Shown in pieces: positions 24,039 to 34,634 of a stretch of DNA of 63,499 bases (its first letter is position 1; the number at the start of each line of letters is the position of its first letter). Origin of the DNA: Bacillota bacterium (GTDB lineage: Bacteria > Bacillota > Sulfobacillia > UBA3575 > DUQP01); the NCBI GenBank assembly GCA_012837735.1, contig DUQP01000042.1, forward strand, positions 1 through 63,499, read 5' to 3'. Made by a program: the position numbers and the translations under genes. The notes below the pieces were generated by a model. That model saw only the letters and a list, made by a program, of their open reading frames with translations. It was not told the origin of the DNA and made no database searches.

Positions 24039-26291
24039 TTATTCACCAAGCAGCTTTTCCAAAGCACTCTGCCAGGACTGCCACAGTTCCGTTACCAGCA
24101 GATCGATCAACTGCTGGCCGGCCGGTCCGCCAGTGATCATCAGGCGCTCGCCGCCGGTCATCCCCAGCACAGTGCACGGCGCGCCATTACTGCGGGCGAT
24201 CTCCTCCAACTGCGGCACATCCTCCTCTTTCACCGTCACCAGGATGCGGGATTGGGACTCACCAAACAACAGGGCATCCGGGCGCATTTCGCTGCGCAGG
24301 CTGACCTGCACTCCCACCGCCGGCGTTCGGCCGGGCAGCTGGGGTGGGGCCAGATCATCTGTGCTGGACAAAAAGCAGCATTCCGCCAGGGCCACCGCCA
24401 GACCGCCTTCCGCACAGTCGTGGGCGGAACGAATCAAGCCGGCACTGATCCCCGCCAGGCACGTCTCCTGCACCGCCCGCTCCAGATCCAGATCGAGGCG
24501 GGGCGGCCGGCCGGTGACCTGGCCAGTGCGCTGCACCAGGTACTCACTGCCACCCAGCTCAGGGCGATTGCTACCCAGCAGCACCACCACATCGCCGGCG
24601 CCCTTGAAACCAGCCGTACAGCGTTTCGAGATATCATCCAGCAGACCCACCATCCCCACCACCGGGGTGGGATGGATGGCCTGGCCGCTCGTCTCATTGT
24701 AGAAGCTCACATTCCCGCCCGTCACCGGTGTCCCCAAAGCGCGGCAGGCCTCGCTCATCCCCTCAATCACCTGGCGGAACTGCCACAGCACATCCGGGCG
24801 TTCCGGACTGCCGAAATTCAGGCAGTTCGTGATGCCAGCCGGACGGGCGCCGGTGCAGACCACATTCCGGGCCGCTTCCGCCACGGCGATCGCGCCCCCC
24901 AGATGCGGATCGAGATAACAATAGCGGGCATTGCCGTCCGTGCTCACCGCCACCCCGCGCTCACTGCCCTTGATCCGCAACACGGCGGCATCGCCGCCCG
25001 GGTAAACGATCGTGTTTGTCCGCACCATGTAGTCAAACTGGCCGAAGATCCATTCTTTACTAGCCAGATTGGGTGATTGCAATAGCCGCTGCAGCCAACT
25101 CTCATATTCTTCCGGGACCGGGATCTGGTCGATATCAAAAGCGCTTGTCTCGTCCAGGTAATCCGGCCGCCGGCGCGGCCGGTCATATACCGGTGCTTGA
25201 TCGGACAAAGAGGCCGCCGGCACCTCCGCCACCAACCGGCCGTTTTCGCGCACGCGCAGCAGGCCGTCATCAGTCACGCGGCCAATCTGCGCCGCTTCCA
25301 GACCCCACTTTTCAAAGATCTGCCGCACCTGGTCTTCACAACCCTGGCGGACGATCACCAGCATCCGTTCTTGAGACTCGGACAGCATCACCTCGTAGGG
25401 GTTCATCCCCTCCTCGCGGCGCGGCACTAAAGCCACATCCAGCTCCATGCCGCTGCCGGCGCGCCCGGCTGTCTCACTGCAGGCAGACGTCAAACCAGCC
25501 GCTCCCAAGTCATTCATACCCACCACGAAATCAGTCTCAAACAGCTCCAGACAGGCCTCAATCAGTAGCTTTTCCATAAACGGGTCGCCCACTTGCACCG
25601 CCGGCCGCATCTCTTCCGCCGACTCATCGAACTCCCGCGAAGCCAGCAGGCTGGCACCGTGGATGCCATCGCGACCGGTGCGCGCTCCAACGATAAAAAC
25701 CGGATTCCCCACCCCGGTGGCCTGGCCGCGCACGATCCGGTCTTTGGGCACCAACCCCAAACACAAGACATTGACCAGGGGATTGCCGCGGTAGCAAGAA
25801 TCAAAATATACTTCCCCGCCCACGGTCGGCAGACCGAGACAATTGCCGTAACCGCTGATTCCAGACACCACACCGCTACACAAATAACGGTTGCGGGGTT
25901 CATCCAGAGTGCCGAACCGCAGGGAATCCAGCAAAGCAATCGGACGGGCGCCCATCGTAAAAATGTCGCGCACGATTCCGCCGATCCCGGTGGCCGCCCC
26001 CTGATAGGGTTCGATTGCCGAAGGGTGGTTGTGTGATTCTAGGCGGAATGCCAGCCCCAGTCCATTGCCGATGTCCAACACCCCGGCGTTTTCCCCCGGA
26101 CCCTGCAGCACCGCCTCGCCCGCGCTGGGGAACAAAGCCAAATGAATCTTCGAGTGTTTGTAGCTGCAGTGTTCGGACCACATCAAACCATATAGCCCCA
26201 ACTCCAAGTCATTCGGTTCCCGCCCCAAAATGGTGATGATCCGATCATATTCCTCGGCCGTCAGGCCCACATTCTCCCAGCGTTCAGCCAC
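24039..26291 (-). CDS. purL: FGAM synthase II (large subunit)
   Basis: 750 aa. [31 protein letters not shown] start overlapping the purQ end by 8 nt. Confidence 0.95.
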   Translation of the reverse strand: MAERWENVGLTAEEYDRIITILGREPNDLELGLYGLMWSEHCSYKHSKIHLALFPSAGEAVLQGPGENAGVLDIGNGLGLAFRLESHNHPSAIEPYQGAATGIGGIVRDIFTMGARPIALLDSLRFGTLDEPRNRYLCSGVVSGISGYGNCLGLPTVGGEVYFDSCYRGNPLVNVLCLGLVPKDRIVRGQATGVGNPVFIVGARTGRDGIHGASLLASREFDESAEEMRPAVQVGDPFMEKLLIEACLELFETDFVVGMNDLGAAGLTSACSETAGRAGSGMELDVALVPRREEGMNPYEVMLSESQERMLVIVRQGCEDQVRQIFEKWGLEAAQIGRVTDDGLLRVRENGRLVAEVPAASLSDQAPVYDRPRRRPDYLDETSAFDIDQIPVPEEYESWLQRLLQSPNLASKEWIFGQFDYMVRTNTIVYPGGDAAVLRIKGSERGVAVSTDGNARYCYLDPHLGGAIAVAEAARNVVCTGARPAGITNCLNFGSPERPDVLWQFRQVIEGMSEACRALGTPVTGGNVSFYNETSGQAIHPTPVVGMVGLLDDISKRCTAGFKGAGDVVVLLGSNRPELGGSEYLVQRTGQVTGRPPRLDLDLERAVQETCLAGISAGLIRSAHDCAEGGLAVALAECCFLSSTDDLAPPQLPGRTPAVGVQVSLRSEMRPDALLFGESQSRILVTVKEEDVPQLEEIARSNGAPCTVLGMTGGERLMITGGPAGQQLIDLLVTELWQSWQSALEKLLGE

Positions 26292-26997
26292 GCCCGATCA
26301 CCCCTTTATTGCGCCACCAGGCCAGGGCAGAAGTGAAGACCCGCCGCCCGTCCTGCGAGCCCAGAATCGTTTCCGCGCAGCGTTCCGGATGCGGCATCAT
26401 CCCCAACACATTTCCCTCCCGGTTGCAGATGCCAGCGATGTTCGCCAGCGAGCCGTTCGGATTCGCGGCCGCCGTGGGTGCGCCAGTTTCATCCACGTAA
26501 CGAAAAACTACTTGCCCATGCTCCTGCAATTCCTGCAGGGTCTCGGCATCGGCATAATAATTCCCCTCGCCGTGCGCCACCGGGATGCGCAGCACTGCCC
26601 CGGTTTTGTATTCGTGCGTGAAAGGTATGTCGGTATTTTCCACCCGCAGGTGGACAAAGCGACACCGGAACAACATGCTCTCATTAGAGCGCATCGCTCC
26701 GGGCAAGAGACCGGTCTCCAGCAAGACTTGAAAGCCGTTGCAAATCCCCAGCACCAACCTGCCCTGGGCAGCGGCCCGGGCCGCCTCCTGGATAGCCGGG
26801 GAAAACTTGGCGATCGCGCCAGCGCGCAGGTAATCGCCGTAAGAAAAACCGCCCGGTATTACCAGCAGGTCATAACGGGACAGATCCCCTTCCTGGTGCC
26901 AGACATAATCCGTCTCCAGGCCCACCACCTCGCGCAATACATGGTAGGCATCCACATCACAGTTCGACCCCGGCAACACGATTACAGCAGCCCGCAC
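26284..26997 (-). CDS. purQ: FGAM synthase I (glutaminase subunit)
   Basis: [10 protein letters not shown], catalytic GICNGFQ, MPHPER. GTG start sharing 1 nt with the purS stop. Confidence 0.95.
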   Translation of the reverse strand: MRAAVIVLPGSNCDVDAYHVLREVVGLETDYVWHQEGDLSRYDLLVIPGGFSYGDYLRAGAIAKFSPAIQEAARAAAQGRLVLGICNGFQVLLETGLLPGAMRSNESMLFRCRFVHLRVENTDIPFTHEYKTGAVLRIPVAHGEGNYYADAETLQELQEHGQVVFRYVDETGAPTAAANPNGSLANIAGICNREGNVLGMMPHPERCAETILGSQDGRRVFTSALAWWRNKGVIGRG

Positions 26998-27254
26998 TAC
27001 CCTTCACTCTCCTTGACCAGCTGGAAGCTATACTGCTCGATCACCGGGTTGGCCAGCAGCCTGCGGCACATCTCTTCCACGCGCGCCGCCACTGCTGCTT
27101 GATCCGCACCTTCCACCTTGATTTTCAATACTTTGCCAACCCGGACAGTTTGCACCTCGTCATAACCGAGCGTGCGCAGGGCTTTCCCAACCGTCTCCCC
27201 CTGCGGATCAAGCACCCCCGGCTTCAGCATCACCTGCACGCAAGCTTCCCACAT
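26997..27254 (-). CDS. purS: FGAM synthase PurS subunit
   Basis: 85 aa. [24 protein letters not shown] is typical PurS. TGATG junction with purC. The ORF-track extension is discarded. Confidence 0.9.
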   Translation of the reverse strand: MWEACVQVMLKPGVLDPQGETVGKALRTLGYDEVQTVRVGKVLKIKVEGADQAAVAARVEEMCRRLLANPVIEQYSFQLVKESEG

Positions 27255-27988
27255 CACAGTGCAGTCCCCCTCTCCAGCCTCATCAGCACCTCTTGATAAG
27301 CTTCTGCCACATTCCCCAAATCGCGCCGGAAGCGATCCTTGTCCAGTTTCTCGCCCGTGGTCAGATCCCAGAAACGACATGTGTCAGGGGAAATCTCATC
27401 CGCCAACATAATCTCCCCGTCCGCTGTGCCGAACTCCAGCTTGCAGTCCACCAGCTCCAGGCCGGCGGCTGCGAAATAAGGAACAAGGATTTCATTGATG
27501 CGCCTGCTGTAAGCGCACAGGGCCTGCAGTTGCTCCGGCGTGGCCAGCTGCAGCACTGCAATGTGGGAGTCATTCACAAACGGATCACCCAAGTCATCGT
27601 TTTTGTAATAGAACTCCAACACCGGTGCCGGCAGCTTCGTTCCCTCTGCCAGTCCCAGGCGCTTTGTGAGACTGCCGGCGGCTATATTGCGCACCACTAC
27701 TTCCAACGGAATGATCTGCACCCGGCGGGTCAACAAGACGCGCTCACTGAGCTGCTGCACCAGATGGTTCGGAATGCCAGCGGCCGCCAACTTTTCAAAC
27801 ACCAGGCCCGTGATCCGGGCGTTCACCGCTCCTTTGCCGGCAATCGTGCCCCGTTTTTGCCCATTGAAAGCCGTTGCCTCATCCTTGAATTCCATCCACA
27901 CCACCTGCGGATCGGCGGTGGCATAAATCACTTTCGCTTTCCCTTCATACAGCTTGGCGCCACGCTCCACGGCCACTCCTCCCGTCAT
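27254..27988 (-). CDS. purC: SAICAR synthase
   Basis: LYEGKAKVIY..., ILADEISPDTCRFWD. ATGA overlap with purB. Confidence 0.95.
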   Translation of the reverse strand: MTGGVAVERGAKLYEGKAKVIYATADPQVVWMEFKDEATAFNGQKRGTIAGKGAVNARITGLVFEKLAAAGIPNHLVQQLSERVLLTRRVQIIPLEVVVRNIAAGSLTKRLGLAEGTKLPAPVLEFYYKNDDLGDPFVNDSHIAVLQLATPEQLQALCAYSRRINEILVPYFAAAGLELVDCKLEFGTADGEIMLADEISPDTCRFWDLTTGEKLDKDRFRRDLGNVAEAYQEVLMRLERGTAL

Positions 27989-29283
27989 TCGGATAAGCCC
28001 AACCGGTCATAGATCGTCCCAACGTGCTGCAAGAACCCGTTGGGATCAAAACAGGCCGCCAATTCCCGCTCATCAATCACTGCCATCAGGCGCTCGTCTT
28101 TGGCCAACACATCCCGTAAATGGCCCGCCCCGCTCCAGGTCTGCATGGCAGCGTCTTGCACCACCCGGTAGGCATCTTCGCGCGTCAGGCCTTTTTGCAC
28201 CAGGACCAGCAAAACGCGCTGGGAAAAAATCAGTCCCTGGGTGGCCTGCAGGTTACGCACCATGTTGGCGGGATAAATGTGCAAGTCCCGCAGGATATCG
28301 GTCACCTGCGTCAGCATGAAATCCACTAACGTGGTGCTATCGGGGATAATAATCCGTTCCGCTGAGGAATGGGAGATATCCCGCTCGTGCCATAGGGAGA
28401 TATTCTCCAGGGCAGTCAGGGCGTGCCCGCGCACCACGCGCGCTAGCCCGGCGATCCGTTCGCTTGACACAGGGTTGCGTTTATGGGGCATGGCAGAAGA
28501 ACCCTTTTGGCCGGGCCGGAACGGCTCTTCCACTTCGCGCGTCTCCGTCTTTTGCAGCAACCGCACCTCTGTGGCATACTTCTCCAAGCAACCGGCAATC
28601 ACAGCCAGGGTCGTAAGCAATTCCGCGTGCCGGTCCCGCTGCAGGATCTGGGTGGAAACAGGCGCCGGCTGCAAACCCAAAGCCCGGCACACATATTCCT
28701 CCACGCGCGGGTCCAGGTTGGCATATGTGCCCACCGCCCCGGAGAGCTTACCAACCGCCACCCGCTCCCGCACCACCCGCAAGCGGGCCAGGTTACGCTC
28801 CGTCTCGCTCAGCCACAAAGCGAATTTCAGACCGAGCACCACCGGCTCGGCATGGATACCGTGCGTGCGGCCCACCATCACCGTGGCCCGGTGCCGGATG
28901 GCCTGCTCCCGCAAGACGGCTTTCAAGTCGGCAAGCCCTTTGAGCAAAATATCGACCGCCCTGACCATCTGCACCGACAAAGCCGTATCGACCACATCGG
29001 AAGATGTGAGGCCGTAGTGGATATAGCGGGCGGCGGGGCCGACTCGCTCGCCGACGGCGGTCAAAAACGCGATCACATCATGCCTGGTCTCGGCCTCAAT
29101 TTCTGCGATGCGCCCCAAGTCGAAGCCGGCCCGGTCCTTGATTTCTTGCACAGCCTGGGCCGGGATCACCCCCAGCTGGCACCAGGCCTCGCAGGCCAGC
29201 AATTCCACCTCCAGCCAGGTCTGAAACTTGCTCTCTTGACTCCACAGTGATCTCATTTGCGGTCTTGCGTAACGTGTGATCAC
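27985..29283 (-). CDS. purB: Adenylosuccinate lyase
   Basis: Fumarate-lyase signature [11 protein letters not shown]; 432 aa. Confidence 0.95.
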   Translation of the reverse strand: MITRYARPQMRSLWSQESKFQTWLEVELLACEAWCQLGVIPAQAVQEIKDRAGFDLGRIAEIEAETRHDVIAFLTAVGERVGPAARYIHYGLTSSDVVDTALSVQMVRAVDILLKGLADLKAVLREQAIRHRATVMVGRTHGIHAEPVVLGLKFALWLSETERNLARLRVVRERVAVGKLSGAVGTYANLDPRVEEYVCRALGLQPAPVSTQILQRDRHAELLTTLAVIAGCLEKYATEVRLLQKTETREVEEPFRPGQKGSSAMPHKRNPVSSERIAGLARVVRGHALTALENISLWHERDISHSSAERIIIPDSTTLVDFMLTQVTDILRDLHIYPANMVRNLQATQGLIFSQRVLLVLVQKGLTREDAYRVVQDAAMQTWSGAGHLRDVLAKDERLMAVIDERELAACFDPNGFLQHVGTIYDRLGLSE

Positions 29284-29816
29284 GGTTTTTTCACCTGCCG
29301 CAATGCCAAGCAGTATGTCTGGTAGCCCATCGAGGCCAGCTTGTCGGCCTTTTTCGCCACATCGGCAGCCATCTCGGCCCGGAATTTGGCCAATCGTTCC
29401 GCTAACAGGGCGTCACCCGTGGCCAGGATCTGGCAGGCCAGCAAAGCGGCATTCTGGGCCCCATCGATCGCCACCGTCGCCACCGGAACCCCCGGCGGCA
29501 TTTGCACAGTGGCCAGCAGGGCATCCTGCCCGCGCAACGGGCCATTGCTGATGGGAAGCCCGATCACGGGCACGGTGGTATGGGCGGCAAAAAAGCCGGC
29601 CAGGTGGGCAGCCCCCCCAGCGGCCGCGATCACCACCTTGATCCCGCGCTCCCGCACGCCGGCCGCCAATTCCGCAACCAGTTGCGGCGTGCGGTGGGCG
29701 GACGCGATCGTCACCTCACACGGCACTTGCATCGCTTCCAGCAACTCGGCCGCTTTCGCCGCCACTGGCAAATCGGAATCACTGCCCATCACAATCAAAA
29801 CCGCAGGATTATCCAA
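29280..29816 (-). CDS. purE: PurE (N5-CAIR mutase or AIR carboxylase; class not decidable by eye)
   Basis: [34 protein letters not shown] start after GAGGGGGA. No purK anywhere in the operon. Confidence 0.9.
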   Translation of the reverse strand: MDNPAVLIVMGSDSDLPVAAKAAELLEAMQVPCEVTIASAHRTPQLVAELAAGVRERGIKVVIAAAGGAAHLAGFFAAHTTVPVIGLPISNGPLRGQDALLATVQMPPGVPVATVAIDGAQNAALLACQILATGDALLAERLAKFRAEMAADVAKKADKLASMGYQTYCLALRQVKKP

Positions 29817-29837
29817 CTCGTTTCCCCCTCGGTCAAC

Positions 29838-31379
29838 TTATTCCCACTCAATGGTGCCCGGCGGTTTCGATGTCACATCATACACGAGCCGGTTCACCTC
29901 AGGCACCTCATTCACAACCCGGTTTGAGATCCGTTCCAGCACATCGTAAGGCAGGCGGGCCCAATCGGCCGTCATCCCGTCCAGACTGGTGACGGCCCGG
30001 AGCACAGCCGGATAGGCGTATGTGCGGTCATCACCCATCACGCCCACACTGCGCATGGTGGGCAAAATGGCAAAACTCTGCCACAGCTGGTGATATAATC
30101 CGGCCTGTTTGATCTCCTCCAGCACGATCGCATCCACTTCCCGCAGGATCTCCAGCCGCTCCCGGTTCACGGCGCCAATGATCCTGATTGCCAGCCCCGG
30201 GCCCGGGAACGGTTGCCGGTACACGATTTCCTCCGGCAGGCCCAATTCCAGCCCCACCTGGCGCACCTCGTCCTTAAACAGGGCGCGCAACGGCTCCACC
30301 AGCGTAAACCCCATATCCTGCGGCAGTCCGCCCACATTGTGGTGGCTTTTGATCACGGCCGCTGTCTTGCTACCGCTCTCAATCACATCCGGGTACACCG
30401 TGCCCTGGACCAAAAACGGCACATCCCCCAGCTGGGCCGCTTCTTCCTCAAACACGCGGATGAATTCATGGCCGATCCGCTTACGCTTCTCCTCGGGATC
30501 CGTGACCCCAGCCAGGCGCGCCAAAAAGCGCTCTTCGGCCTGCACATGCACCAGGTTAATGCCCTTATGATCGCGGAAGGTCTGGATCACCTGCTGCGCT
30601 TCCCCCTTGCGCAGCAGGCCATGGTCGACAAAGATACATGTCAGGCGGTCACCGACCGCCCGGTGGGCTAGAGCGGCCGCTACGGACGAGTCCACCCCGC
30701 CGCTTAATGCACACAGGACGCGCGCCTCACCGCACTGGGCACGGATATGGGCCACTGCCCGCTCAATGAACGAACCCGTCGTCCAATTCCCGCCACAACC
30801 GCAGATCCGATACAGGAAATTGGCCAGAACCTGCTTTCCCTGACTAGTATGGGTTACTTCCGGGTGGAATTGCACACCATATAACCGCTTGGTAGAATCA
30901 CCCATCGCTGCCACCGGCGTGTTCTCCGTATGGGCCAGGATCTTGAACCCGGGCGGCGGCCGGCGGATTAAATCTCCATGGCTCATCCAACCTGGCGTTT
31001 CCCTGCCCAGGCCATAGAACAGGTCCTGATCATCATCCACCCGCACCACTACCTTGCCATATTCCCGCTGCTGGCCCTGGGCCACGTCTCCCCCCAGGCG
31101 ATGGGCCATCAGTTGCATGCCATAACAGATTCCCAGCACCGGTATCCCGGCTGCAAACAGGCCCGGATCACAATCCGGCGCGCCGGGCGCAGAGACGCTG
31201 GCCGGGCCACCGCTCAATACGATCCCCCGCGGTTGGCGGGCCATGATCTCCGCCAGGGGCGTGTTATGGGGCAAGACCTCACAATAGACGTTTGCCTCCC
31301 GGATGCGGCGGGCGATCAGTTGCCCGTATTGCGCCCCGAAATCCAGGACTAGAATCAGCTCGTCATAGGCGTTAGTCAC
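29838..31379 (-). CDS. guaA: GMP synthase (glutamine-hydrolysing)
   Basis: GATase GICYGMQ, ATP-PPase SGGVDSSV, C-terminal [11 protein letters not shown] start with an AAGGAG RBS, overlapping the hpt end by 8 nt. The ORF-track extension is discarded. Confidence 0.95.
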   Translation of the reverse strand: MTNAYDELILVLDFGAQYGQLIARRIREANVYCEVLPHNTPLAEIMARQPRGIVLSGGPASVSAPGAPDCDPGLFAAGIPVLGICYGMQLMAHRLGGDVAQGQQREYGKVVVRVDDDQDLFYGLGRETPGWMSHGDLIRRPPPGFKILAHTENTPVAAMGDSTKRLYGVQFHPEVTHTSQGKQVLANFLYRICGCGGNWTTGSFIERAVAHIRAQCGEARVLCALSGGVDSSVAAALAHRAVGDRLTCIFVDHGLLRKGEAQQVIQTFRDHKGINLVHVQAEERFLARLAGVTDPEEKRKRIGHEFIRVFEEEAAQLGDVPFLVQGTVYPDVIESGSKTAAVIKSHHNVGGLPQDMGFTLVEPLRALFKDEVRQVGLELGLPEEIVYRQPFPGPGLAIRIIGAVNRERLEILREVDAIVLEEIKQAGLYHQLWQSFAILPTMRSVGVMGDDRTYAYPAVLRAVTSLDGMTADWARLPYDVLERISNRVVNEVPEVNRLVYDVTSKPPGTIEWE

Positions 31380-31938
31380 AGCCTTTCTCTCCTTCCGTGA
31401 GGCACTCGGCTGGAACAAAGATGAAGGGCGCGTTGCGATAGCGCCCATCGAAATCCAACCCGTAGCCGACCGCGAACTTATCTGGGATCTGGAATCCACA
31501 ATAATCGAGTTTCACTGGCACCTGCCGGCGGGCGGGCTTGTCCAGCAAAGAACAGATCCGCAAGGAAGCCGGGCGCCGGGCCCACAGGCTCTGGGTTAGA
31601 TAGTTCAGGGTCAGTCCCGTATCGACAATATCTTCGACAAGCAGCACATCCCAACCTTCCACACTTTCATCTAAGTCTTTCAAGATGCGTACTTCGCCGG
31701 AACTGGCGGTGGCGGAACCATAACTGCACACAGCCAGGAAATCGAAAGCCGCCGGCACCTGCAAGTGCCGGGCCAAATCGGCCACAAATATAAAAGCTCC
31801 CTTCAGCACAGCGACCACCAGGAGCCTTTTTCCTTCATAATCGTGTGAAATTTGCCAGGCTAATTCCCGCACCCGGTTTTGAATCGTAACCTCCGTCAGG
31901 AGCATCTCGCCAATTTCCAGTTTTTTGTCCAATCCCAT
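31372..31938 (-). CDS. hpt: Hypoxanthine-guanine phosphoribosyltransferase
   Basis: [34 protein letters not shown] loop [14 protein letters not shown]. The start is uncertain within about 11 codons. Confidence 0.9.
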   Translation of the reverse strand: MGLDKKLEIGEMLLTEVTIQNRVRELAWQISHDYEGKRLLVVAVLKGAFIFVADLARHLQVPAAFDFLAVCSYGSATASSGEVRILKDLDESVEGWDVLLVEDIVDTGLTLNYLTQSLWARRPASLRICSLLDKPARRQVPVKLDYCGFQIPDKFAVGYGLDFDGRYRNAPFIFVPAECLTEGEKGCD

Positions 31939-31971
31939 CACCTCCGCAGAAGACACAACAGGCCAATTCTC

Positions 31972-32014
31972 CCCAAAAAAGAAAAAGCCCCGGCCCGGAA
32001 AAAATCGGGCCGGG
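31972..32014 (-). terminator. Strong intrinsic terminator hairpin immediately upstream of the hpt RBS
   Basis: Minus strand: CCCGGCCCG-attttttc-CGGGCCGGG (9-bp all-GC stem), then GCTTTTTCTTTTTTGG. Confidence 0.75.
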
Positions 32015-32026
32015 CCTGACGGCCTC

Positions 32027-32056
32027 AATATACCAAAACTGAGCCCGGGGTGTCAA
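32027..32056 (-). promoter_or_regulatory. Candidate sigma-A promoter (TTGACA-18-TATATT) located upstream of the terminator hairpin
   Basis: Consensus -35 TTGACA and -10 TATATT on the minus strand, lying between the stop of the LysM-ferritin-like gene and the hairpin. Confidence 0.5.
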
Positions 32057-32071
32057 GCGGTTACACCCCAG

Positions 32072-32755
32072 TCAGTCGCGCCGTTTACACTCACATTCAT
32101 ACGCTTTTTGCAACAGCTGCAGATGGTGTTCTTCATCTTCGATGATCCGCGCCAGCACCGCTTTCACATAACGATCATTGATCTGCTCCATATGGCGTCG
32201 ATATTGCGCGATCGCCGCCCGCTCCCCCTCGATATTAGCCATTAATTGGCGGCAGATATCGCAGTAACAGTATGCCACGTTGTTCGCGCACCAGAATTCA
32301 CCGCAGGCATCCGTGTAATCCGGGTCGCCACCCAACAACACAATCAGCTTGGCCAGGACCTCCATATGATACATCTCGTTAATGGCGATCGCTTCTAACA
32401 ACTCAGCCGTTTCCTCATAGCGCATGCAACAGGCAAATGAGTGATACAGGTACTGCATGATGGCTGTGATCTCCCCGCCGGCCCCGGCGTAATCCTCGTG
32501 CAACAGGCGCGCATAATCGCGATTCGGACACTCCACCCGCAGTGGCGGATATGGTTTATCGCACATGGGCGGTTTGCCCGGTGGGCAGGGTGCTTCATCC
32601 TTCACCGGGATATAAATGACCTGTCCCGGGTAAATCAAATCCGGGTTCTCGATCTGCGGGTTAGCCGCCAAAAGCTGCTGCAGGCAAATTCCGTGACAAC
32701 GGGCGATTTCCCACAAAGTATCGCCCTTTTTCACCACATATTCTTTATATTCCAA
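32072..32755 (-). CDS. LysM domain fused to a ferritin-like (CotJC / Mn-catalase-type) four-helix-bundle domain
   Basis: N-terminus YVVKKGDTLWEIARCHGICLQQLLAANPQIENPDLIYPGQVIYIP is LysM. A Pro/Cys linker follows, then GGEITAIMQYLYH...INEMYHMEVLAKL...GERAAIAQYRRH...IEDEEHHLQLL, which gives paired ExxH-type metal-ligand motifs. Confidence 0.7.
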   Translation of the reverse strand: MEYKEYVVKKGDTLWEIARCHGICLQQLLAANPQIENPDLIYPGQVIYIPVKDEAPCPPGKPPMCDKPYPPLRVECPNRDYARLLHEDYAGAGGEITAIMQYLYHSFACCMRYEETAELLEAIAINEMYHMEVLAKLIVLLGGDPDYTDACGEFWCANNVAYCYCDICRQLMANIEGERAAIAQYRRHMEQINDRYVKAVLARIIEDEEHHLQLLQKAYECECKRRD

Positions 32756-32848
32756 AGCCAGGCACTCCTTTCGCGGTTTGAGGTTACCCCTTTGTGCAGT
32801 CTATGTGCCTTGGCCTGGAATTGACATAAATCCCAAAGGTTGCCCGTC

Positions 32849-33739
32849 TCACCCGTCCGTTTTTGGCCCCGGCAGCGCCGCAAAATACACCCCGACCAAC
32901 ACCAGGGCACCCCCCGCCAGGTGCTGCGGCCCTAGCCGCTCATTTAACATCAGCGCCGCCGTCAAGATGGAAAACACCGGTACCAAATTCAAAAACACGG
33001 CCGCCGCCGAGGCGTCCATTTGCTGTAGGCCTTTGTTCCAAGTGAAGAACGTCAGGCCGGAGGCGATTGCCCCCATGTAAAGGATCGCCAACCAAACCGG
33101 CGCCGAAACAGGCCACAGACCGGTCACGATCACCTCCCCGGCCGCCAGCGGCGCCATGAAGATGATCCCCGCCAGTCCTGTCCCGGCTGTGGCCAGGGCA
33201 GCACCCAAGCGGTCCAGGATGTTTTTGGTGAACGTGGTGTAAATGGCCCAGGAAATGGCCGCCCCCACCATCAACACATTGCCCAAGATTCTGCCTACGC
33301 CCCCGGCGGAGGCTATTTGCCCTGGTGCCAACAAAATGCAGGCCACGCCCACAATCGAAGCGATGATCCCGGTTGCCCGCAGCCAGGTGATGCGCTCCCC
33401 GAGCCAGATGATGGACAGGATGGCCGTAAAGGCCGGGACAGCAGCCGCAATCAGGCTGGCATCGGTAGCGGTGGTATATACCAGGGCGGTGTTTTGGAGC
33501 GTGAAGAAAAGCGCCATCCCAAACAAACCCATCCAGGCAAACTCGCGCCATGGCAAAGGTCCCTGCCGGCGCGCCCGCACCAACACACCCAGCAGGACGA
33601 GCGTGGCGATCACGAACCGCAGTTCTGCCAACAGCAACGGCCCGGCCTCGGCCAGGATCACCTTCGTGATGGCAAACGTGGAACCCCAGACAGCGGTGGT
33701 GAATATCAATAACAGGATGGCGACGAGCTTAGCCGGCAA
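32849..33739 (-). CDS. DMT superfamily (EamA-type) transporter
   Basis: 296 aa with about 10 TM segments in two EamA-like halves. Confidence 0.8.
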   Translation of the reverse strand: MPAKLVAILLLIFTTAVWGSTFAITKVILAEAGPLLLAELRFVIATLVLLGVLVRARRQGPLPWREFAWMGLFGMALFFTLQNTALVYTTATDASLIAAAVPAFTAILSIIWLGERITWLRATGIIASIVGVACILLAPGQIASAGGVGRILGNVLMVGAAISWAIYTTFTKNILDRLGAALATAGTGLAGIIFMAPLAAGEVIVTGLWPVSAPVWLAILYMGAIASGLTFFTWNKGLQQMDASAAAVFLNLVPVFSILTAALMLNERLGPQHLAGGALVLVGVYFAALPGPKTDG

Positions 33740-33831
33740 GTTGTGTCACCCCCCGGATGGGAAAATGTAAATGGGGACCCCCATGCTGTTGGGGGTCCCG
33801 GGCCAGATCGTTTTTTTTTTGCTCGTTAACG

Positions 33832-34614
33832 CTATTTGCCTGTGAATTCCGGCTTCCTTTTTTCCAGGAACGCCTTCATCCCTTCTTTTTGGTCAGCGGT
33901 GGCAAAGCAGAGCGCAAACACCTCCGCTTCGTAATCCACCCCGGCCGCAAGGTCAAGTTCCAGGCCGCGGTTAATGGCCGCTTTGGCCAGCTTAATCGCT
34001 GTCGGCCCTTTGGCGGCGATACTCATCGCCAGCTCTTTAGTTTTTGCCATCAGCTCATCGACCGGCACCACCATGTCAGCCAGACCGATCCGCTCGGCCG
34101 TGGCGGCATCGATCATATCGCCGCTGAAGATCAACCGCTTGGCCATCCCCTTGCCCACCAACCGCGGTAGACGCTGGGTGCCACCGAAGCCGGGAATGAT
34201 GCCCAGGTTCACTTCCGGCTGCCCGAAGCGCGCCTTCTCCGACGCCACCCGGATGTCACAGGCCATGGCCAGCTCACAGCCGCCTCCCAGGGCAAAACCA
34301 TTCACAGCGGCAATCACCGGCTTATCGAGATTTTCGATCTCGGCAAAGATCGCCTGCCCCATGCGTGTCCAGGGACGGGCCTCCTGCGGGCTCATATCCT
34401 GCATGAAAGCAATGTCGGCACCGGCCACAAATGCTTTTTCGCCAGCCCCGGTGATGATCAAGACAGCCACTTCCGGGTCATCATGCGCTGCCCGCACAGC
34501 TGCCTGGAGATCGCGCAACACATCGGCATTCAGGGCGTTCAGAGCTTTAGGGCGGTTGATCGTAATGATGGCCAGGCAACCATCCTTCTCCAGGAGTACA
34601 TACTCGTACGCCAC
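33832..34614 (-). CDS. crt: Short-chain enoyl-CoA hydratase (crotonase)
   Basis: ITINRPKALNALN, FVAGADI, NGFALGGGCELAMACD. GTG start after GGGAGGGAG, giving the usual 260 aa. Confidence 0.9.
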   Translation of the reverse strand: MAYEYVLLEKDGCLAIITINRPKALNALNADVLRDLQAAVRAAHDDPEVAVLIITGAGEKAFVAGADIAFMQDMSPQEARPWTRMGQAIFAEIENLDKPVIAAVNGFALGGGCELAMACDIRVASEKARFGQPEVNLGIIPGFGGTQRLPRLVGKGMAKRLIFSGDMIDAATAERIGLADMVVPVDELMAKTKELAMSIAAKGPTAIKLAKAAINRGLELDLAAGVDYEAEVFALCFATADQKEGMKAFLEKRKPEFTGK

Positions 34615-34634
34615 AGAATCATCTCCCTCCCAGG

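Noticed and set aside
23931-25076. 381-aa plus-strand ORF across the purF/purL junction
   Set aside because: It is antisense to two confidently identified pur genes and the product is rich in Arg, Ala, His and Gln with no motifs. A GC-driven open frame.
31939-32028. ORF-track N-terminal extensions (hpt here; also guaA, crt, purS, purN, gatA, gatC, tsaB, tsaE, ortA, ortB, the response regulator, the adh and others)
   Set aside because: The extensions run through upstream stop-codon regions, terminators or promoters and lack RBSs. Internal starts with good Shine-Dalgarno spacing give family-typical lengths, so coordinates were trimmed accordingly.
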